From NCBI GenBank assembly GCA_900298985.1, contig OMHY01000018.1:1-46714 (forward strand): a stretch of DNA of 46,714 nucleotides. The letters run 5' to 3'. Position numbers and translations under genes: made by a program. The notes beneath the pieces are model-generated. The model was not told the DNA's origin. It saw only the letters and a list, made by a program, of their open reading frames with translations, and did no database searches. This DNA is from Streptomycetaceae bacterium. GTDB lineage: Bacteria > Actinomycetota > Actinomycetes > Nanopelagicales > Nanopelagicaceae. Shown here piece by piece: positions 9,533-17,403 of this stretch. Positions within the stretch are counted from its first letter, which is position 1, and every line of letters starts with the position of its first letter.

Positions 9533-10154
9533 TAAATACTAATCCGATTGCTAGTATTAATAATCCAAAAGCAGATATTCCGGTAAGAGTTCGCCTAACT
9601 TTTGGTTTGCTTAGAACTTCTGAAAAATATTGAACTGCTGAAATCATTGAAAAATACCAGGAAAAAGATACGCAGGTTTGAACTAAAGCTAATAAAAATA
9701 TTCCTGGACCAAGAGGAAATTCTCTTGGTACAAACTGAGGAATGAATGCCACTGCATAAACTGCAGCTTTTACATTTGTTAAATTTGTAATCAAGCCCAA
9801 TCTATAAGCTCCACCTGGTTTTGTTTCTGCTGAACCAGTTATATCAAATTTTCCAAATTGTTTCCGTAAGTGAAATAAAGTTTGAATAGCCATTACTAAA
9901 AGAGTTAATACGCCACAATATTTTAAAATGTTGAAAGCTAAATGAGACTTAGCAAAAATTGCAGATAATCCAATCGCAGATGCTGCACCCCAGATAACTA
10001 AGCCTGTGGAATTTCCCAACACTGAAAAAAGTGCTGCTCTTTTTCCACCTATCAAACTTTGGCGTAACACCATAGCAACACCTTGCCCGGGTATTGCAAC
10101 CAATATTAAAGCAGTAAGAGCAAATGCTGGTACTATTTTCAATAACTCAATCAA
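9519..10154 (-). CDS. LysE/RhtB family amino-acid exporter
   Basis: 211 aa, six hydrophobic segments, N-terminal VAIPGQGVAMVLRQS matches the I-x-PGP motif region of RhtB/LysE. The TTG start overlaps the gatD stop (TTGA at 10151-10154). Confidence 0.75.
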   Translation of the reverse strand: MIELLKIVPAFALTALILVAIPGQGVAMVLRQSLIGGKRAALFSVLGNSTGLVIWGAASAIGLSAIFAKSHLAFNILKYCGVLTLLVMAIQTLFHLRKQFGKFDITGSAETKPGGAYRLGLITNLTNVKAAVYAVAFIPQFVPREFPLGPGIFLLALVQTCVSFSWYFSMISAVQYFSEVLSKPKVRRTLTGISAFGLLILAIGLVFTKPR

Positions 10155-10837
10155 GACAATGCCTTAATTCTTGCCTGATAATATTGATCAGAGATTGAAT
10201 CCTTTAGTTCTGTAATTGGACTACTAATTGCTAATGAAATCAAATAATCTGCAAATTTTGGATTTCGCGCCAAGATTGGTCCATGAGCATAAGTACCAAA
10301 AGTGTTTCTTATTATTGCACCATCAACTTTTTTATCTCCATTGCCATTACCTTTAATTACTTTAGCAAACGGTCTCAACTTTGCATCAAGATATTTAGTA
10401 ACTCCGCCATGGTTCTCAAAACCAGTTAATTTTCCAGCAAACTCTGTTTCCAATAACAAATCTCCCACCATTCTGCCAACTCCGGGAGTTGATTCAATCG
10501 GAAAAATCCTTGCTCCTTCATGTTTTTCATCTTGAGCATAAAAACTTTCTCCTAGAATTTGATAACCTGCACATACCGCTAAAATGACTTTTCCTTCTTC
10601 GGAAATTGATTTTAAAATCTTGTTTTCGTTGATTTTTTTACTTGCCAATATCTGAGCTTTATCTTCTGCCCCTCCAATCAAATAGAAATCTCCATCTGTT
10701 GGTATTTTTTGATTGTAAGAAATATCTATGATTTCACAATCAATATTGCGCGCAGCTAGTCGGTATTGCAGTATCTCTGCATTACCCCGATCGCCATAGG
10801 TTCCTAATAATTCATTAAAGAGTCTTATTATTTTCAT
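10151..10837 (-). CDS. gatD: lipid II isoglutaminyl synthase, glutaminase subunit GatD (CobQ-type GATase)
   Basis: 228 aa. Contains AVCAGYQILG (nucleophile Cys) and FGTYAHGP (His), and has an ATGA overlap with the upstream MurT-like gene. Confidence 0.82.
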   Translation of the reverse strand: MKIIRLFNELLGTYGDRGNAEILQYRLAARNIDCEIIDISYNQKIPTDGDFYLIGGAEDKAQILASKKINENKILKSISEEGKVILAVCAGYQILGESFYAQDEKHEGARIFPIESTPGVGRMVGDLLLETEFAGKLTGFENHGGVTKYLDAKLRPFAKVIKGNGNGDKKVDGAIIRNTFGTYAHGPILARNPKFADYLISLAISSPITELKDSISDQYYQARIKALS

Positions 10838-11967
10838 TTGCTACCAACCAAATCCTGGAAAGCGGTATATACCGCTAAAACCTCAATCTCAGAATTTATT
10901 GGAAAAACTTCCACTGCTTCTTTGAGGTTTGTTTTCATTTCACTTTCAATACCTTCAATGTGCAACCTAAAGGACAAATCAACAGCTCTATCACCAGTAA
11001 TCACAATATTTCTGCCTTTTAGTTTTTCAAAGGAGATATCCCATATCCAGGAAATATCAAAACCATCAACCAATCTCGAATTTAAAATCAATATTATTTG
11101 ATTACTTTTTACTCCAGCTAACGCTTCCGACCAAGATTCTGGATTTTTTGCAAGTCTGGCATTTAATATTCTGCCTCTAATTTCTATTTGTTTTCTTCTC
11201 TCCAATTGCTTAGTATCAAATTCTGGTATTTTAAATTTAAATTCCGATAATAAGGTCTTCACTAGGTAATAATTTATTTCACTAGAATTTTTGGAACTAT
11301 AAAAAACTGAGCTTTGATTACTTAATCCACACACACATGAATAATTGTTGCCTTCCCAATTTAAATAATTGGAGCATTTCGGACAGACCGCACCATCAAT
11401 GTGTAATCTTCCTCCAAAACTTATAGCAATTTTTTGGGGCACTGAATCCAATACATAGGAAATATATGGATCATCCAAGTTTCCAATTACTATTGTATTG
11501 GAGAGTTTTGAAAAACTTTTTGCCCATTGATTTGCTACCCGCCCAACTTCATGCATTCGATCTAACTGATCTCTACTGAGATTCAACAATAGAATTCCAG
11601 CCGGATTTAGTTCTTGGGCCCTATTTGCTAAATGTAGTTCATCTACCTCTAATACGACTATAGAAATATTTTTTAGGTGCGCTTCAACCAACGCTACAAC
11701 TATTCCCTGCGGCAAATTTGAACCAGTTTCATTGCTAACTACCAGCTGGGTACCTGCAATAGCGTTTGCGAGAAATCTAGTAGTAGAAGTTTTACCATTA
11801 GTTCCAGAAACACAGAATATCTGCTTATTTTTTGATAATTTTTCAATTGCGTTTGGGTATAACTTTAAAATTAATTTTCCCGGCAATGTCTTTCCGTTGC
11901 CCAAATTTAAACTTTTAGAAATAACACCAACTAATAAAGTGGCTCTGATCCAAAGCTCAAAAATCAC
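10834..11967 (-). CDS. murT: lipid II isoglutaminyl synthase, Mur-ligase-like subunit MurT
   Basis: 377 aa. Contains SGTNGKTSTT (Mur ligase P-loop), a cysteine ribbon CPKCSNYLNWEGNNYSCVCG, and a C-terminal DUF1727-like region (DISWIWD). GTG start. Confidence 0.82.
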   Translation of the reverse strand: MIFELWIRATLLVGVISKSLNLGNGKTLPGKLILKLYPNAIEKLSKNKQIFCVSGTNGKTSTTRFLANAIAGTQLVVSNETGSNLPQGIVVALVEAHLKNISIVVLEVDELHLANRAQELNPAGILLLNLSRDQLDRMHEVGRVANQWAKSFSKLSNTIVIGNLDDPYISYVLDSVPQKIAISFGGRLHIDGAVCPKCSNYLNWEGNNYSCVCGLSNQSSVFYSSKNSSEINYYLVKTLLSEFKFKIPEFDTKQLERRKQIEIRGRILNARLAKNPESWSEALAGVKSNQIILILNSRLVDGFDISWIWDISFEKLKGRNIVITGDRAVDLSFRLHIEGIESEMKTNLKEAVEVFPINSEIEVLAVYTAFQDLVGSK

Positions 11968-12022
11968 TATGTAAGTGTATCGAAGGAGTTTTTCTAGAAT
12001 TTTGTTTTAATAACTTGGTTTG

Positions 12023-12094
12023 AGCCCCAGGCCGGGATTGAACCGGCGACCTGCCCATTACGAGTGGGCTGCTCTACCACTGAGCCACTGAGGC
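12023..12094 (-). tRNA. tRNA-Thr (anticodon CGT)
   Basis: Hand-folded as GCCTCAG/CTGGGGC acceptor, GCTC..GAGC D arm, GCCCA-CTCGTAA-TGGGC anticodon arm and GCCGG-TTCAATC-CCGGC T arm. There is no encoded CCA. Confidence 0.9.
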
Positions 12095-12105
12095 GAGAGA
12101 TTTAA

Positions 12106-12777
12106 TTAATCTAATCTTACTAGACCATTTGCAGTCAATAAGTGAACTGCAACTAATCCATTTTCGCCATCATTTGTTGCGGGATCTACCCATTCAACTT
12201 GAACTTCTTCACCGAGCGCATTTTGCAAATCGCTTCCAATCCAATTTTGAATTGTTTTTTCATCGCCGGCAATTTCAACTTTTACAATTTTGGCCATAGC
12301 TTTGCCATCTGTAGATGGATGATCTAAAGATAACCATTGAATAAAATAAGGAAGTTGTGCATCTCGCATTACATCTAAAATTCCAATTTGTTTCCAAGTT
12401 AAATCTTTACCATCTGGTTTTTTGCGATGACCATCAACAGCATTTCTACCTAATCTGCCTTCTACTTTGTTTAGATCATCCACTGAAATTGCCCAAGTGA
12501 ACCAACCGCCACCTTCATTTGCACGGCGTGACACTGCTTTTCCAAATGGAGAAGCTTCAACTGCTGGATGTTCTAAAGGACAAACAACTTCAATGTAGTG
12601 TCCATTTTGTAAAGGCAAAATAAAATTACGAGTACCAAATCTTGGGTGAATTCCACCGTCAATAAAAGGAGAACCAATTCTTGATCCAATTCTTTGGACG
12701 GTGTCAGATAGTTGGTCGTGAGTGGTCACATATGAAACATGATCAAAACGCATGGGTGAATCATGCACTAGTAACAT
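12106..12777 (-). CDS. VOC / glyoxalase-like domain protein
   Basis: 223 aa. FDHVSYVT...GIHPRFGTRNFILPL..GHYIEVV matches the glyoxalase-like (VOC) fold signature. An alternative ATG at 12753 (MRFDHV) would remove the 17-nt overlap with the upstream gene. Confidence 0.65.
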   Translation of the reverse strand: MLLVHDSPMRFDHVSYVTTHDQLSDTVQRIGSRIGSPFIDGGIHPRFGTRNFILPLQNGHYIEVVCPLEHPAVEASPFGKAVSRRANEGGGWFTWAISVDDLNKVEGRLGRNAVDGHRKKPDGKDLTWKQIGILDVMRDAQLPYFIQWLSLDHPSTDGKAMAKIVKVEIAGDEKTIQNWIGSDLQNALGEEVQVEWVDPATNDGENGLVAVHLLTANGLVRLD

Positions 12778-14215
12778 CTAGGTTACAAATCGTCCCATGC
12801 GCAGGTAGTGCGCCATCTGAGAAATACTTTGTGACAAAGGTATCAATGCAGGAAGATCCGCGCGCAAATCCCGCATGGCCATCTCTCTCCAAAGTCAATA
12901 ATCTCGAATTTGATATTAATTTGCTTAAGTTGTAGGCATTTTTTAATGGTGTTGCGGGATCATTTGTATTTCCAATTATCAATACGGGAGAAGTATTTGT
13001 GGTCTTGGGATATTTCTTATCTGCATGAACTGGAGTGGGCCAACTATTACAACTGACCACTGATCCCAAATTATTTTCACCAAATATGGGGGCAAGTTTT
13101 TTGAAATTAGCTAAATTTTTGGAAATCGCTGAGTATTGCGGCCGATCAGCATTATCATCACAACTCATGATAAAACTAATATCTATTAAATTGGAAAATT
13201 TTCCATCGTTATTTCTTTCATAGTAATCATCGCTCGCAGCTAGTAGTTTAGAAAGGTTTGAATCTATGACTAGGGATTGTAAACCAGAGTCTAGAACTGG
13301 CCAACCATATTGCGGTTGATAAAGAGTATCTGCAAGTGCAGTAACAAACAAAGGATAGGTTAGCTTTCTGCCATTTTTCTCAACTGGATTAATTTTGCTG
13401 GCGTTAAGTAATGGAATTACAGTATCCAGATTCCATCTTGGATATTTCTTTGTAAATCTTAAATATTCTCTGTCAAAACCAATAGCTTGGGTTAAGGTAG
13501 CATCTATAGTACTTTGATTTGGATCAACCGCACCATCTAAAACTAATCTGCCTGCATTTTTTGGAAATTGTTCCAAATAATCAGTTCCCAACTGAGTGCC
13601 ATAACTTGCTCCATAATAATTTAATTTACTTAAGTTTAAATTAGCACGCAAGATATCCATATCTGCGGCAGATTCCCAAGTCGAATAATGAATCAAGTTC
13701 TTAACTTTACTAAGACATTTCCTAGTGACATCCTGACTTTCTTTTTTCAAACTGGAAATAGTATCTGGAGTATTAAGATCAATCCATAAATTTATAAGTT
13801 TTTCATCTTCCGCATCTGTTAAGCACCTAACTGGATTTGAAAAGCCAACTCCTCTTTGATCAAATGCGACTAGTTGATATTTTTGTAAGAAAGCCTTTGG
13901 GAAATAATTAACCGCGCTGAATAGAAAATTTATGGCGGAATCTCCTGGGCCTCCAGGATTAATTAATACGGGGACTCGCCCATTGGTTTTAACCGCTCGA
14001 ACTACTTTTAACTTAAAAGTTCCGGTATTAGGGTTTAAATAGTCTATGGGGACTTTGAAAACGCTGCATTGAAAATGAGTATAGCAGGAGCTCCACTCTA
14101 AATTTTGATGATAGAAGTAATTCAAATATGACTTGTTTTTTCCAGTTGCCAAACTGTTTGGCAAAAATAACATCAGGAAAATTGTAATTACTGATAGAAG
14201 AATTTTCCTTTTCAT
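12761..14215 (-). CDS. secreted alpha/beta hydrolase, tripeptidyl-aminopeptidase-like (S33 family)
   Basis: 484 aa with a Sec-type signal peptide (MKRKILLSVITIFLMLFLPNSLA). Contains INPGGPGDS, the nucleophile elbow GASYGT, and a C-terminal RDGHAGF typical of TAP-like hydrolases. Its ATG shares one base with the holB stop (TAATG). Confidence 0.75.
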   Translation of the reverse strand: MKRKILLSVITIFLMLFLPNSLATGKNKSYLNYFYHQNLEWSSCYTHFQCSVFKVPIDYLNPNTGTFKLKVVRAVKTNGRVPVLINPGGPGDSAINFLFSAVNYFPKAFLQKYQLVAFDQRGVGFSNPVRCLTDAEDEKLINLWIDLNTPDTISSLKKESQDVTRKCLSKVKNLIHYSTWESAADMDILRANLNLSKLNYYGASYGTQLGTDYLEQFPKNAGRLVLDGAVDPNQSTIDATLTQAIGFDREYLRFTKKYPRWNLDTVIPLLNASKINPVEKNGRKLTYPLFVTALADTLYQPQYGWPVLDSGLQSLVIDSNLSKLLAASDDYYERNNDGKFSNLIDISFIMSCDDNADRPQYSAISKNLANFKKLAPIFGENNLGSVVSCNSWPTPVHADKKYPKTTNTSPVLIIGNTNDPATPLKNAYNLSKLISNSRLLTLERDGHAGFARGSSCIDTFVTKYFSDGALPAHGTICNLDVTSA

Positions 14216-15351
14216 TACGCCAGTTTCACCAATAGATTTTCGATTGCTAATTGAGGTGCAGCATTTCGGTTGAGAAAATCACGGGTTTGCATAATTTGAT
14301 CAATAATTCCTAGGATTTCATTTGGTTGAAATTTATTATGGATTTTATTTATTTCATTTTTCAGTTCCAGATTGATTAATTGATTTTCTACACCAAGAAT
14401 TAAAGCATCTCGATAACAACTAATTAAGTCAAGTAGACTTTGGTCAATTAGCGCCCTAGTGAGTCTAGTGTTGCGTGCTTTTTGCATAGCTTCTAACTCT
14501 TTAACCGCTTTAGCCCCACCGGAAACTAATTTTCGACCATTCTCTCCCCAAGCCTCTTTCAATTTTTCAATTTCAATTTTATTTTGCTCTGCACTTAGGT
14601 TTTCACTTTGTTCTTTTATTTTCTCATTAATCCAGGTAGCACATTTATAAGCATCTGAAACTGAATTTATTGAGATTGCTTGTTTCAAAAAGCTATTTCT
14701 AAAATCCCTAATATCTTTATCGCGCGCTAATAATCTTGCTCTACCTATATGACCCAGTGAAACTCTGGCTGCGAAATCAGCTGATTCAGCGCTGACCCCT
14801 TCTGCTATTAGCATTTTCTTGATTTCCTCTTGGTTAGGTGCTTGTAAAACTGCAATTCGGCATCGAGAGCGAATTGTAGGCAATATATCAACTGTGCTGG
14901 GAGCACATAGTAGCCAAATGGTTCTACTTCCTGGTTCTTCAATTGCTTTCAATAAAGCATTAGCCGCTGATTCAGTTAGTCGATCAGCATCTTCAATTAT
15001 TATTACTCTAAATTTTGAGATAGCTGGTTCCCAGCTTGCTCTTCCAATTAATTCTCTGATTTCATCTACTTTTAAAGTTAAACCATCTCTGCGAAAAAAT
15101 TCTAAATCGGGGTGAGTATTCGCCTGCACGCTTAAACAAGATTCACAAATCCCACAACCAGATTCCGAGCATAATAAACCTTTTGCAAATTCCAATGCAA
15201 TAGTTGTTCTGCCAGAACCGGGAGGACCCACTACTAACCAAGTAGAGGTCATTTCTTGACTATTTAAATTGCCAGATTGAGCTGCTGCAATAGCCTTTTG
15301 AAATATATTTATTATATTTTTTTGACCAATTAAATTTTCAAATGCTCTCAT
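14215..15351 (-). CDS. holB: DNA polymerase III subunit delta prime
   Basis: 378 aa. Contains GPPGSGRT (degenerate P-loop), the zinc module CSESGCGICESC, the SRC motif IRSRC, and clamp-loader AAA+ architecture. Confidence 0.85.
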   Translation of the reverse strand: MRAFENLIGQKNIINIFQKAIAAAQSGNLNSQEMTSTWLVVGPPGSGRTTIALEFAKGLLCSESGCGICESCLSVQANTHPDLEFFRRDGLTLKVDEIRELIGRASWEPAISKFRVIIIEDADRLTESAANALLKAIEEPGSRTIWLLCAPSTVDILPTIRSRCRIAVLQAPNQEEIKKMLIAEGVSAESADFAARVSLGHIGRARLLARDKDIRDFRNSFLKQAISINSVSDAYKCATWINEKIKEQSENLSAEQNKIEIEKLKEAWGENGRKLVSGGAKAVKELEAMQKARNTRLTRALIDQSLLDLISCYRDALILGVENQLINLELKNEINKIHNKFQPNEILGIIDQIMQTRDFLNRNAAPQLAIENLLVKLA

Positions 15352-17384
15352 GATTTTGTTTTAGTGTTTTGGTTAACTTTTAAATGAGGAAACATGCTAA
15401 CTCTTTCTACAATTAATTTATGGATTAGATTTCGCTCTAAGGTAGCGTCAATAATTAGATATCTATCTGGATCTAAAGCAGCTAAACTTAAAAATTCTTG
15501 ACGTACTCTTTCATGGAAATTTAATGGTTCTGACTCTAATCTATCAGCACCTTCTAAGCGTGAAATACCAGTCGCGGCAGGCAAGTCCAAAATTATAGTT
15601 AAGTTAGGGGTTAATGATTCAGTAGCCCATCGAGAAATTCGCCCAACTTCCGAAGGCGATAAAACTCTACCCCCACCTTGGTAAGCAATTGATGAATCTA
15701 TATAACGGTCAGAAATTACTATTTCGCCATTTTCTAATGCAGGTCTTACTATTGAATAAACATGATGTGCCCGATCGGCGGCATAGAGCAAAGCTTCGGA
15801 TCTAGGGCTGATATTTCCAGTTTCTTTAGATAGTAATATTTCGCGGAGTTTATTTCCTAATGGAGTGCCGCCAGGTTCTCTGGTTAATATAACTTTTTCC
15901 CCAATGTTTTCTAGAAATTCCTTTAAGAGTTTAGATTGGGTAGATTTTCCAGAACCTTCTCCACCTTCAAATGCAATAAATAATGAAGGGTGGTTTAAAT
16001 CTCTTACAGCTGTTAATTCTCCCCTTATCGCTGCACGAATATCTGCAAAAAAAGAAATATTTGGTCTATCTTTCATTTGTTTATAAGATATAAAACCTAC
16101 AATCCAGCCAATTATGCCGGCAATAAACATGGTGATTGCTGCACCGTTGTAAATTACATGGACATTTTGAAATGCAAACTCATGTCTTCCAATTGCCGCA
16201 GCCACAATTGGTGAAATAGTTAAGACTAAAACTAACGCCACTCGGGTTAAAGAAATCATAAATGCAAAAGTTCTGCCTCTTAATTCATTTGAAACTTCAC
16301 TTCCTAATAAGGTGTAACCAGTTACCCAGGAAACTCCAGCAAATGCACCAAGAATAATAGTTAAGAAAACTACTAAAACAATATTGGAAATCAAAGCTAC
16401 CATTATTAAAAATGTAGATGCTGCAACTAAAGCCGCACCAAATATTCTTCTTCTGGAAAATCTTGATAATAACTTAGGTCCAATAGTGATACCAATTGCA
16501 AGACCCACAAAAATAGAGGTGAATAGTATTGAGTAAGCTGCGTTACCGGCGCCCAAATCACTAGCAAAGGTACTAGCTAAACCGAGAACTGCGCCAGCTG
16601 CAAAAAATGCACCCAGCATTCCAACTATTAAACCTCTAATAACTTTGGAAGAGGAAACAAATTGAAATCCTTCAAGTAAGGATTTTCCTATGTTTTCATT
16701 AATACTAGCTTTACTTGCTCTTCCTCGAGGAATTACATCTAATTTGAATACAATAAAAGCGGTATAAGCAAATGAAATCGCATCTATATATAGTCCCAAA
16801 TCTCCTGCTGAAAAATAATTGACTTTTCCAATTTTGGAAATTCCATCTGCAATATAAGCAATAATAAAAAACATTATTCCAGCAATTGGTGCAGTTCCAT
16901 ATGCTGCTAATAATGATACTTGGTTTGCACTTTCTAGCTTTTCTTTGGGAACTAAATTAGGAACTGAAGCCTCTTTTGCGGGTGCCCAAAATAAAGTAAC
17001 TATTTCAACCAATACAGTTGCGGTGTAAAGCCAGGTTAAAGTGCCAATTAGTGGAATAGAAAAGAAAAGACCAAATCGCAAAATATCGCAGACAATCATT
17101 AATTTGCGTCTTTCAAATCTATCTGCAATAACACCAGCTATTGGACCCAGTAGTACTCCAGGAACTAATCGCGCAATAAAAACTCCAGCAATAGCAAAGT
17201 TTGCTTTTGAATAATGATCCCCGGAAAGTTGTTTAGCAAAAGCAGTAGATGCTAATAAACCTAACCAATCTCCAAAAGAGGAAAATGCCATTGAATTCCA
17301 TAAGCGGCGAAAAGCAGGAATAGACAAAACTGATTTAATATCAGATTGTCCCGGTGCCGCCGGATAAGGAAGTTGTTGTGACAT
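15348..17384 (-). CDS. tmk: fusion protein: N-terminal MFS-like membrane domain plus C-terminal dTMP (thymidylate) kinase
   Basis: One uninterrupted 678-codon ORF. The first ~460 aa are MFS-like with many TM helices (FRRLWNSMAFSSFGDWLGLL...). The last ~210 aa are canonical Tmk: FIAFEGGEGSGKSTQ (encoded near 15940-15990), TREPGGTPLG and SDRYIDSSIAYQGGGR. ATGA overlap with holB. Confidence 0.85.
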   Translation of the reverse strand: MSQQLPYPAAPGQSDIKSVLSIPAFRRLWNSMAFSSFGDWLGLLASTAFAKQLSGDHYSKANFAIAGVFIARLVPGVLLGPIAGVIADRFERRKLMIVCDILRFGLFFSIPLIGTLTWLYTATVLVEIVTLFWAPAKEASVPNLVPKEKLESANQVSLLAAYGTAPIAGIMFFIIAYIADGISKIGKVNYFSAGDLGLYIDAISFAYTAFIVFKLDVIPRGRASKASINENIGKSLLEGFQFVSSSKVIRGLIVGMLGAFFAAGAVLGLASTFASDLGAGNAAYSILFTSIFVGLAIGITIGPKLLSRFSRRRIFGAALVAASTFLIMVALISNIVLVVFLTIILGAFAGVSWVTGYTLLGSEVSNELRGRTFAFMISLTRVALVLVLTISPIVAAAIGRHEFAFQNVHVIYNGAAITMFIAGIIGWIVGFISYKQMKDRPNISFFADIRAAIRGELTAVRDLNHPSLFIAFEGGEGSGKSTQSKLLKEFLENIGEKVILTREPGGTPLGNKLREILLSKETGNISPRSEALLYAADRAHHVYSIVRPALENGEIVISDRYIDSSIAYQGGGRVLSPSEVGRISRWATESLTPNLTIILDLPAATGISRLEGADRLESEPLNFHERVRQEFLSLAALDPDRYLIIDATLERNLIHKLIVERVSMFPHLKVNQNTKTKS

Positions 17385-17403
17385 AGGCCTACCTTATAGA
17401 TTC

